From: Cyclobacteriaceae bacterium
GTDB taxonomy: Bacteria > Bacteroidota > Bacteroidia > Cytophagales > Cyclobacteriaceae
Length of the DNA stretch: 64,000 nt
NCBI GenBank assembly: GCA_965601475.1
Contig: OZ271832.1
Location: 984,698-1,048,697 of the forward strand
Direction: 5' to 3'
Made by a program: the position numbers and the translations under genes. Below the pieces are notes generated by a model. It was given only the letters and a program-made list of their open reading frames with translations, did no database searches and was not told the origin of the DNA. The stretch's first letter is position 1, and every line of letters starts with the position of its first letter. Positions 8,440-16,791 of this stretch are shown here, in pieces.

Positions 8440-11400
8440 CTAAAGTTTGATCACCTTGATATCTTCAGCGTGCTCTCCATCGCTGATGTTGATGATGTAT
8501 ACACCAGGTTCTACCTGTGCCGGCCACGTCCATGATTTCGCATCATCGGATTGCATTTCGAATCTGCCTATAAGCTCACCCAGCAGATTTCGTATTGCGA
8601 TGGTCACGCGTCCCTGGAAACCGTGAAAAGCCACATGAAAGGCCTCCGCAGAAGGGTTGGGCCAGACACGCTCGCCGGACGGTGCATCCTGTGGTGCCCC
8701 AATCCTTAGCTGGAGTGGTTGATCGATCGAACCAAGGAGCTCGTTGGAAGAAAACTGCAACGCATTGGCCAAATCCATTTCACCATCATTGGAAAGATCT
8801 TTCAACTTGAGTTGCACACGTTCACCCTCTTCCAGCCCCATTATGGTCAGGAAGAAAATCGACCTTCCCTGGACCTTCTTTGCCTCCACACCCCCACGGT
8901 AGTGCCCATCAACAAAAGCTCCAAGTACTACGGAATCGGCCCTTGAGTCGGCCAGCTCAGCAATCACCGACATATTCGAAGCATAGCCATGAAGGTTGCC
9001 AGACCAGCGTTCGGATGGTGCAACATTGGGTTGCCAGGCTTGCCTGTTGAGAAAGGTATTGGCTGGGTACACCAGGCGGCCAGGATCAGTTGCAAAGTAC
9101 AGATAGCCCTGGTTGGGCTCCAGAAAGTTTAAGGTACCTTCCCACCCAATGCCCTCTTCAAATACTGAAAAGGCAAATTGACCCTTCACAATGTCTCCAG
9201 CAGATGGGCTTAGGGAATTGAAGGCTTCATCGACAGATAAATTGAAGTCTGGGATGTAACCAATCCAGTTCCATCCTGGTGTGATTGGAATGGATGTATT
9301 GGCTTTCACCTGCGTGCCAACCACATCTAAGGTGCCGGGATTGTCTATTCTGATAAGATACAAGTCTCCATTTTGAGCACCTCCGGTGTTGGACAGCGAC
9401 CCTTTCCACCCAAAACCGTCGGTATAGATATCGACGACTTCCTGACCTTTGATCTGATCTCCGGTAATGGGAGACAGTGGCGTCATTAATTCGTTGATGT
9501 CCGCAAGCTGTGCCGAGTTGGTACTAAAGGATATCCAGTTGAAGCCTGCCACCAAATCAATGTTTTGCACAATCACATCTCCTGCCACAATCCTTATTGG
9601 GTCTAACGGAGTGCCTTCCAATTCATTAGCGTTGAACGTGAGTTCCGGGGCCACCTCCCGATGCTCTACGCCCTTGCTGGCATCCCACACCCTGAATTCC
9701 AGAGATTCGCCGGTACCCTGATTGGCATATATGTCAAGAAAGGCCAGGTATCTGTCCAGGTCCCTGACGTAAATGGGGCTGGCAACTCCCCGTACCTCAT
9801 CATTGACAAAAACACCTATGATATCGTCTTCATCAGCACTCAGGACACCTTCTACCTCCAACTCGCCAACGACATTCATTGAAAACTGAAAATCTGCCGG
9901 ATTTACGTTCCACTTGGGCGCAGCACCAAGCACATCCAATACAAGCGTCAGTTTTTCGTTGAATCCAAGGTCAGCACTCAGGAATATATCTTCCTCATAC
10001 CCACCAATATTTAAGCCTGTATTCACTTCAAGTTGTATCGCAATGGTACTTTGAGGGGCTATCTCCCCGGATTGTGGCATGGCTGTCAACCAGGGGGGCA
10101 GATTGTTGATGCTGAAGTTTTGCTCGGTACCGCCGAAGTTGGTAATGTCTACTACGAAGCTCAGCGGGTCATTGACATCTTTAGTGAACGCCAGGCGATC
10201 ATCACCCCACTTCACCTGATTGCGATCAACAAAAGCTGTCCAACTGACGGGGGAAGCCAGCCGATTCTCAAACCGATCTTCTACTGTCCTCAGGCTTATC
10301 TCCAATGTGGTCTGCTCTATGAGTGGCGCAAAAATGCCTGAGGGTGTCAGAACAATGGCGTCGTCGCTTACCGCAAAATCGAAATCGACGCTGGCCACAG
10401 GCCTGGACAATCTGATATTGGGCGTGTCTTCCCCGTTGAAATCTGTACCTCCGACGGCCGTCGCTAGACCCCCGTTGTCACCAAATTCATTATCAAACTG
10501 ATCCTCCAATGAGGAATTTAGCAGATTGACACCATTCACAATTTCAAAAGTTTCAAATGGATAGTAGGCTACCAAACCCGTTTCGTCACCAATCAACCTG
10601 CTATTCCAGTTGAGCTCCAGTTGCGTGTTTCTTCGGAAGGTTTCCCAAATCCGGAATTCATCGATGGAGCCCTCAAAGTACCGGTCGAATCCAAGTCCCC
10701 TGTTCGTACTGCGAAAACCCCGGACACCCAACCACATGCGGTTACCCTGCAACCCTCCCAAAGCACCACTGGGAATGCTGGCCTTCAATTCCAAGTCCAC
10801 CAACACATTAATATTGCCCCGACGGCTCACAGCCATGGCAAAATGATGCCAATCATTGTCCAGGTATTGGCCATCCCCGGAACTGGCAATGATTTCCGAG
10901 GTATTGTTGGATACGACCAACTCTTCATTGGCATTGAACCCAACAAACCATGTGTTGTCGGAATTTGCGCGTTCATCGGTTCCGTCTCCTTTGCCATTTG
11001 AAAAAAGTACAGACTCGCCCTGGCCTGGAGCCCCCTTGAACCAAAACTCAATGGAAAAGTCCCGTTCATCACTGATCGCTACTGTGCTGGAAGTGTTGAT
11101 TTCCAGGTAGTCATCCAGGCCATCAAAGGTCAGCGCATACCCTCCAGGTTCTACGTTCCATTCAGCGAAGAGCACCGCATTCCGGAAGCGTGCTTTGTCT
11201 GTTGCCAGGTTCCCGAAAGCCTCATCGAAAGGCCAGTACCCGACAAGCCCCACTTCATTGCCGATAAGACTTCGATTGGCATTGGCCACTACATCGCTAA
11301 TGGACAAGGGCTCCGACCAAATACGCAGTTCATGCATATTGCCGTTGAAATAACGGTCGTTGGTAACTTCAGACCGGCCCAAAGTAACAGGACCAGTACC

Positions 11401-14400
11401 CGAATACGTGTTTGTCACCTTGACATCCTCCAGGATAAATTCCCCATTGCGATAAGCCGAGATGGCCTGGTTCTCCCGGTTGTACACTACAGCAATATGC
11501 TCGAAGCTCACCTCCGAGGGCTCCGGAAAAGACAGAGCCGTTTCAATGATTTGGCCGGAAAAATTGACAAAGAAGCGATTGTCATCATTGAATCCATACT
11601 CAAAGACATCATTGGAATTATTGCCTGTTGAAAAGAGTATGCTCGTTTCATTGAAGGTGTTCCTTCTTAACCAGGAAAAAACAGTAAATGAGCGACCGGA
11701 AAGGTCCAATGCTACGGGCACCCGCACGTAATCATTGATACCGTCAAAACCGACACTGGTGCCATTATTCAACTCTGAGTCGTTCAGCACAGCTTTTATT
11801 GACAATGTGGAGTTGTTGATAAGACCAGATTCAATAGGCTCATCAAATTGGATCAGAATTTCGTCATTGGCGGACAATACACCATCGGCGGGCTGAGGTG
11901 CCCCAAACAACTGAGGTCGACTGGTGTCTTTTGTTCCTCTCAAGATTTCCGAGGGTGTAAACACCTCCTCGCCAGGTGCCAAAACACATCGACTAACGGC
12001 CCTAACATCATATTCACGATCCGGCAAATCACCCATATCAAAATCATAGGTGATTTCAGATCCATCGATCATTTGCTTCGGTTCTTCTTTGTCTTCAAAT
12101 TCTTCGCTGGTGACCATCAGAGGATTGTAGAAACGCATATCTGTAATCCACTGGGAGCCACTTGCTGGTTTGTATTGCAAATCGACGCGTTCGAAGCGAT
12201 CGAAGTTCAGGTCATAATCGGCGATATTCACGGTAACCACACCTTCCTGAGCGGCCCGGGTATTCAGCACCCATTGGTCTGTGGGCATCTCTATAGCGAC
12301 ATCGGAACACCCAGGTATAAAAAATGCAGATATCGAAACCTCATCCTGGATGTCCACCTGATTGTCATTCGGATCGGACTGGCATAAAGAGCGCAGCACA
12401 ATGCCGATATTTTCATAGTCCGTCACACTTTCCTGTCCTTGAGCCAGCGTAAGCGTCTTAACAAGCGATTGACCCGGAACCACCTGGAAAACGAGGCCGT
12501 TGGCCAGCGGCGTACCATCCACCTCTATGATGGCGCCGAAAGGGTTCGTCCCATCCACGATGTCCAGTTCCATTTGGAAGCCTTCCATGGTCTCTGAGTT
12601 GTTTTGCAGGTTGAGGGTGAAAACCGCAGGTCTATTGCCGGGTACCTCAGACACTACTGACTGATCTACTGTCAACACTGGTACTTCCCTCTGAGCCGTG
12701 GCTGCGCTCAGAATTTCCCCCGGACGATAAAATTGCGTGAGGACCTCATCTTCATAGGGGCAACTTGTCGCGCCACCCCTTGTCGAGAAGACAGGACCAA
12801 AGCCGTCACCCGCTTCCCTGATGTCCACCGTATAGGCATCTCCCAGATCTCCATCCGCAAGGGTGAAACTGAAGGAAGTGGATTCCTCTACCGCAGATGA
12901 GGAACTTCTACCAAAACTGGTGGAAGTATTGAAACTGATGGTCTCACTGAATCCGTTGTCGTTGACTTCGAAACCCAGTTCGTTGGCAATGGTCTGATCA
13001 AGGTTGAACTCAAAATTGGTTTCTACAGACTCCGAGGCTGTAATCGTCACCGATTGCTCTAGTACACTTCCTGCTTCAAAACTGCGGTTGTCAATGACTT
13101 CAGCTTCAAATTTCTGTCTTTCATTGAAGGTCAACCAGAATATCCAGTCTTCAATGGATTGATTGAAAAACATGACCGTGTCCGTGCGACTGCCCTCGTA
13201 GTCGGCGGGAAAGAGGAGTTGATAGCTAGGTCCAAAAGAACCGATGGTGGAAGCGTCAGTTCCCCATACAGATGCATCGGTATTGCTGCTGCCAAATCGC
13301 TCATCCTCAGGAGGTACCAAAGACACGTATACGGGCTCGTCGATGGGCACCACATCCGCGGGATCGCTGACGTAGGTGATAAACTCGTTTCGCAATTGCT
13401 CCAGGTCAGGAATCAATACATCCTGAATGAAGAACTGGGAAAAAACGAACCCCGTAGAAAATTCAGGATTCAGTCTCAAACCGACATCGGTCCCAATCCT
13501 GAAGCCATCTACTGACGTCTCCAGGCAGTCGGTACATTGGTCATCGGGTATCAATTCGATGAAACTCGAAAGGCCATAGACAATATTGGTAGACCGTCCT
13601 ACGAAAAGGTCACCTTGGGCACCGACAAACTCCGGAGCATCAGACGTGGAAATGATCTCGGTAAACTCGATGGAGTTTGCGATTTCTGAATTTGAGTTGA
13701 ATGACGTGGTGACATCGAAGCCCGCTGTTGTTGTATTGGACACCTCAACTTCGGTGGTCACTTCAGCACCCAGCCCGATAGATGTCTCAATGGTTGCTCC
13801 AAGTTGGAGTTCACGTTCTATCGCCGTTCCTTGTGTATTCGTGACAGAAACCTCGCTGGCACTGCTGTAGGACACGCCCTGCTCTATGGAGGCGAAGCTT
13901 TCGGAACCTGGCGGGTCCCTCAAAATCATATCGATCTGATTGGGCCCGGTAGTTACAAAGTTGTTACCTGTAGGAATACCTCCGAAAACATAACCTCGAA
14001 AGGGATCTCCTTCTCTCCAAATCGTTTGAATAGCGCCATTGTTGCCTGAAAAAGCTGTGATATTCAAGGTGCTGGTAAAACTGTTTTCGGGGTTAATTTC
14101 GTCTTGATTGATATTAGGAATACCTCCTAAGAAACTATAAGTGGCTTTCCCCCGGGCGTTGAGGGGGATCCTGACTTCGTCATCGTTGATGGCCAGATTG
14201 TTGGTGATGGCCACTTCGCCATCCACCACAGGTACCTGGTCTACCAAGGCATCATTGATGTATTCTTCGAACAGCTCGATCCGAAAACTGTAGTTACCAC
14301 GCTGAAGGAAAACCGGAAACCCAAAAGTGTAGTTGCCATCGCCATCTATGAGCGGTACCTCCGTGGTAATGCCTGTTGTTTCATCTTCCGCATTGAGTGA

Positions 14401-16770
14401 CTCCTCACCAAAGATCTCTTCACCTTCAAGGTTGACGACGGAAATGGTAGGGGTAAGACGCAAGGTAAAGTCCTTCTTGTGGTCAAAATAGAAGGTGTCA
14501 ACAGCTATTGTAAATAGGGTGTCAGCTACCTGCGAAGTGAAGATCGTATCAAATGCCGCCGGATCCACGGGCGGAAAAATACCAATCGGTTCCCCGGCCA
14601 CTTCAATAAGGACCGTATCCTGGAGAAATTCATTCTCCTCCCTTATGCCTGTGAGATCCAATGTGGTATTGAAGGTTTCATCAAAATCGTAAATACCCGC
14701 TCGTACGTCATTGACTACGTACCGTTCCGGAGGCAGCATTATGACGAACTCGCCACTTTCCGGGTCAGGGGCAATCTCAACCTCACGGAGGTTGATGGTG
14801 GCAGTAGACGTAAATTCATCCACACCGAGGGCATCCGTCGTTACGACCAAGGAGTCAAATTCCCTAAACGTAAGGTCCTGAATTTTCTGGGGCGATAAAC
14901 GGATGGAAGCTTGTCCGATGTTGTTATTTGAGCGTCCAAAGCCCATCGGTTGCTGAACCTCCAAAGGTCCGCCGGTCACCCTGCCTGCCAGTCGTACCAG
15001 TGTGGTATCCTGGAAAACTAATCCGGCTATGGGTTCCTGGAAATTGAACAAAGGAAATTCATCATCCGGCGTTGCAGGTGGAAAGCGCCCTCCATCCTCA
15101 AACGTATGATCCTGCAATTCCACCCGAATGCTGTGAAAACCAATAGGAACATCAATTGTGAAGGCTCCCAGGGCATCTGATAGAATCAGGTCGCCATCCG
15201 CATTGACCGCGGGAATGCCATCCACGGTGATAAAGGCCCCTTCTACTGGGAAGGGCGTATTTTGATAGAAAATGGTGCCACTAACCGGAAATGATGAGAC
15301 ATCATCAAAATCCACTTCATTGAAAATAAACGCCCCATCTCCCACGAATCGCAGTTGTTGTGTTGGTTCGAATGTGTGGTTTTCGAAGATGGGGGTGAAT
15401 GTGTACAAGGACCCCTGCGTTTCAAACGGAAAGCCCGTGATTGTGTAATTGCCGCTTTCATCTGTGATACCCTTGTAAGATAGCTGGCTGTTGAGGGGCG
15501 TTTCATCGGACCATTCTGCTCGGATGATCTGACCATGGTTTTCATTGAAATCGAAGCCTCCCTGCCTGGAAAAATCATAGAATTCTTCAGCTACCCCGGC
15601 ATTCAATCGCCAATAGGCAGCGAAACCGTCCTCCGTTCCTGCAAGGAATCGGGAAAAATCACGGTCAATTTCATCGAAGGCAAGCGGTCGGTTCCAATAA
15701 CGAATCTCGTCGACAAAACCCGAATAGAAGTTGCCTTCTTCATTGCGACCTATGTAAATGGCGGCACCTTCAGGAATAGCTGGAGCGCTTCCCGCAGCTA
15801 CACGTACGGAGTCAATTTCACGCACATTCTTTCGGGCGTATACCGCCAGATAATCCTGTACAGGGTCGAAAACCGCGGAGACATGAAAAAATGAATCCGT
15901 GGGATGGGTGTAGGCCAAACTTGCCGTGGCATCTCCTACTGCAAAATTCAGGGTGGCTCCATCATAGTCCAACTCAATATCGCCGCGATTGAAAATCGTG
16001 ACAGGTACCCCGTCATCGCCTTCAAATCGCGTCCAAACCTGAAAGGTCAGTCCTCCGTCGACCTCCAGTTCGTCGTCGGTTTCTCCCGGGAAAAATCTGA
16101 GATAGCTTTCGTCTTCGCTGCTCACCCTGAGGCTTCGCCCCCTTAGGTTGCCCTCTGTTTCAGCAAGCACTGTCGCGCCATTGACGGCGGTACCTCCTTC
16201 GAATGTAATGCGTCCTGTCGCCGTTCCTACTGGAAACGCAAACCCCGAAGATTCGATAAAATTGACAAAAGGAATGCGCAACTCGTCAGCAACGCCTTCG
16301 GCAAACAGGGTGTATTTGTACAGGATACCCCCTTCCACAAACTCATCGCGAAACGAAAACTCATCCGGTGCCAGAGTAGCCACAAGTAGCGAATCACCAT
16401 CCGATCCCAAAGGCTTACGATAAATCAGGAGCCGCGTAATGTTGTCCCCTGACGAAATAATGCTCCAGTTGAGTTGGACAACATCCGGAAAATAACCTTT
16501 AGAAACAAAAAACTCCTCATCGAACGTAGTATTGAAATACGCCACGGGATAAGGAAAGCCTACGGCAAGGAAGTGCTCATCCTGAACTACCTCTGTTGCT
16601 CCTGACTGGATAACTTGACCCCCGGTTATGACATAATAAGCGGAATCTTCTCCATTCACGATTTTGGTCTGTCCACCGAGAAAGCCAATGTTGTACGCCG
16701 ACTGCCTGCTTTGCGCCATGCCTTGCGTTAGCGCAAGAAGCATGATCATGAAAAATAGTACCCTTCTCAT
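8440..16770 (-). CDS. Giant (2776 aa) secreted multidomain protein with three LamG/ConA-like lectin domains and T9SS sorting domain
   Basis: A single uninterrupted ORF with signal peptide MRRVLFFMIMLLALTQGMAQ. The LamG C-terminal signatures are DEIRYWNRPL, HELRIWSEPL and DEFRIWETF. CarboxypepD_reg-like units (DESGNYTITGFPFE) are present, and the C-terminus VWPNPSAEAFHV... is a sorting domain. Confidence 0.9.
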   Translation of the reverse strand: MRRVLFFMIMLLALTQGMAQSRQSAYNIGFLGGQTKIVNGEDSAYYVITGGQVIQSGATEVVQDEHFLAVGFPYPVAYFNTTFDEEFFVSKGYFPDVVQLNWSIISSGDNITRLLIYRKPLGSDGDSLLVATLAPDEFSFRDEFVEGGILYKYTLFAEGVADELRIPFVNFIESSGFAFPVGTATGRITFEGGTAVNGATVLAETEGNLRGRSLRVSSEDESYLRFFPGETDDELEVDGGLTFQVWTRFEGDDGVPVTIFNRGDIELDYDGATLNFAVGDATASLAYTHPTDSFFHVSAVFDPVQDYLAVYARKNVREIDSVRVAAGSAPAIPEGAAIYIGRNEEGNFYSGFVDEIRYWNRPLAFDEIDRDFSRFLAGTEDGFAAYWRLNAGVAEEFYDFSRQGGFDFNENHGQIIRAEWSDETPLNSQLSYKGITDESGNYTITGFPFETQGSLYTFTPIFENHTFEPTQQLRFVGDGAFIFNEVDFDDVSSFPVSGTIFYQNTPFPVEGAFITVDGIPAVNADGDLILSDALGAFTIDVPIGFHSIRVELQDHTFEDGGRFPPATPDDEFPLFNFQEPIAGLVFQDTTLVRLAGRVTGGPLEVQQPMGFGRSNNNIGQASIRLSPQKIQDLTFREFDSLVVTTDALGVDEFTSTATINLREVEIAPDPESGEFVIMLPPERYVVNDVRAGIYDFDETFNTTLDLTGIREENEFLQDTVLIEVAGEPIGIFPPVDPAAFDTIFTSQVADTLFTIAVDTFYFDHKKDFTLRLTPTISVVNLEGEEIFGEESLNAEDETTGITTEVPLIDGDGNYTFGFPVFLQRGNYSFRIELFEEYINDALVDQVPVVDGEVAITNNLAINDDEVRIPLNARGKATYSFLGGIPNINQDEINPENSFTSTLNITAFSGNNGAIQTIWREGDPFRGYVFGGIPTGNNFVTTGPNQIDMILRDPPGSESFASIEQGVSYSSASEVSVTNTQGTAIERELQLGATIETSIGLGAEVTTEVEVSNTTTAGFDVTTSFNSNSEIANSIEFTEIISTSDAPEFVGAQGDLFVGRSTNIVYGLSSFIELIPDDQCTDCLETSVDGFRIGTDVGLRLNPEFSTGFVFSQFFIQDVLIPDLEQLRNEFITYVSDPADVVPIDEPVYVSLVPPEDERFGSSNTDASVWGTDASTIGSFGPSYQLLFPADYEGSRTDTVMFFNQSIEDWIFWLTFNERQKFEAEVIDNRSFEAGSVLEQSVTITASESVETNFEFNLDQTIANELGFEVNDNGFSETISFNTSTSFGRSSSSAVEESTSFSFTLADGDLGDAYTVDIREAGDGFGPVFSTRGGATSCPYEDEVLTQFYRPGEILSAATAQREVPVLTVDQSVVSEVPGNRPAVFTLNLQNNSETMEGFQMELDIVDGTNPFGAIIEVDGTPLANGLVFQVVPGQSLVKTLTLAQGQESVTDYENIGIVLRSLCQSDPNDNQVDIQDEVSISAFFIPGCSDVAIEMPTDQWVLNTRAAQEGVVTVNIADYDLNFDRFERVDLQYKPASGSQWITDMRFYNPLMVTSEEFEDKEEPKQMIDGSEITYDFDMGDLPDREYDVRAVSRCVLAPGEEVFTPSEILRGTKDTSRPQLFGAPQPADGVLSANDEILIQFDEPIESGLINNSTLSIKAVLNDSELNNGTSVGFDGINDYVRVPVALDLSGRSFTVFSWLRRNTFNETSILFSTGNNSNDVFEYGFNDDNRFFVNFSGQIIETALSFPEPSEVSFEHIAVVYNRENQAISAYRNGEFILEDVKVTNTYSGTGPVTLGRSEVTNDRYFNGNMHELRIWSEPLSISDVVANANRSLIGNEVGLVGYWPFDEAFGNLATDKARFRNAVLFAEWNVEPGGYALTFDGLDDYLEINTSSTVAISDERDFSIEFWFKGAPGQGESVLFSNGKGDGTDERANSDNTWFVGFNANEELVVSNNTSEIIASSGDGQYLDNDWHHFAMAVSRRGNINVLVDLELKASIPSGALGGLQGNRMWLGVRGFRSTNRGLGFDRYFEGSIDEFRIWETFRRNTQLELNWNSRLIGDETGLVAYYPFETFEIVNGVNLLNSSLEDQFDNEFGDNGGLATAVGGTDFNGEDTPNIRLSRPVASVDFDFAVSDDAIVLTPSGIFAPLIEQTTLEISLRTVEDRFENRLASPVSWTAFVDRNQVKWGDDRLAFTKDVNDPLSFVVDITNFGGTEQNFSINNLPPWLTAMPQSGEIAPQSTIAIQLEVNTGLNIGGYEEDIFLSADLGFNEKLTLVLDVLGAAPKWNVNPADFQFSMNVVGELEVEGVLSADEDDIIGVFVNDEVRGVASPIYVRDLDRYLAFLDIYANQGTGESLEFRVWDASKGVEHREVAPELTFNANELEGTPLDPIRIVAGDVIVQNIDLVAGFNWISFSTNSAQLADINELMTPLSPITGDQIKGQEVVDIYTDGFGWKGSLSNTGGAQNGDLYLIRIDNPGTLDVVGTQVKANTSIPITPGWNWIGYIPDFNLSVDEAFNSLSPSAGDIVKGQFAFSVFEEGIGWEGTLNFLEPNQGYLYFATDPGRLVYPANTFLNRQAWQPNVAPSERWSGNLHGYASNMSVIAELADSRADSVVLGAFVDGHYRGGVEAKKVQGRSIFFLTIMGLEEGERVQLKLKDLSNDGEMDLANALQFSSNELLGSIDQPLQLRIGAPQDAPSGERVWPNPSAEAFHVAFHGFQGRVTIAIRNLLGELIGRFEMQSDDAKSWTWPAQVEPGVYIINISDGEHAEDIKVIKL
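8443..8667 (-). other. T9SS type A C-terminal sorting domain of the giant protein
   Basis: These are the last 75 aa, VWPNPSAEAFHVAF...GVYIINISDGEHAEDIKVIKL. Confidence 0.75.
8668..8976 (-). repeat. Shared module, second more diverged copy in giant protein (aa 2599-2701)
   Basis: NMSVIAELADSRADSVVLGAFVDGHYRGGVEAKKVQGRSIFFLTIMG...VQLKLKD shows the same spacing of the hallmark residues. Confidence 0.55.
8977..9546 (-). repeat. Two tandem ~90-100-aa repeats in the giant protein (GFNWISF... / GWNWIGY...)
   Basis: The first is GFNWISFSTNSAQLADINELMTPLSPITGDQIKGQ...GFGWKGSL...GDLYLIR. The second is GWNWIGYIPDFNLSVDEAFNSLSPSAGDIVKGQ...GIGWEGTL...QGYLYFA. Confidence 0.7.
9547..9915 (-). repeat. Shared ~100-120-aa module, copy in giant protein (aa 2286-2408)
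   Basis: KWNVNPADFQFSMNVVGELEVEG...IIGVFVNDEVRGVASPIYV..RYLAFLDIY...LEFRVWD aligns with the N-terminus of the cadherin-repeat protein. Confidence 0.7.
10552..11145 (-). other. LamG-like domain 3 (aa 1876-2073)
   Basis: The span runs LTFDGLDDYLEI...WHHFAMAVS...MWLGVRG...FEGSIDEFRIWETF. Confidence 0.7.
11146..11766 (-). other. LamG-like domain 2 (aa 1669-1875)
   Basis: The span runs GFDGINDYVRVP...FEHIAVVYN...LGRSE...FNGNMHELRIWSEPL. I checked the coordinates by counting codons from both ends of the ORF. Confidence 0.7.
15586..16158 (-). other. LamG-like domain 1 of the giant protein (aa ~205-395)
   Basis: The span runs LRVSSEDESYLRF...FHVSAVFD...IYIGRN...FSGFVDEIRYWNRPL. Confidence 0.7.
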
Positions 16771-16791
16771 CTCGCCGTCGTCAAAATGGAA

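Noticed and set aside
8595-16423. Many plus-strand ORFs of 60-180 aa inside the giant gene (for example 11848..12387, 10621..11001, 13159..13515, 15535..15894).
   Set aside because: All are antisense shadows of one uninterrupted 8.3-kb minus-strand ORF that has clear domain content. Their translations are low-complexity, and none has a signal peptide, a motif or its own intergenic space.
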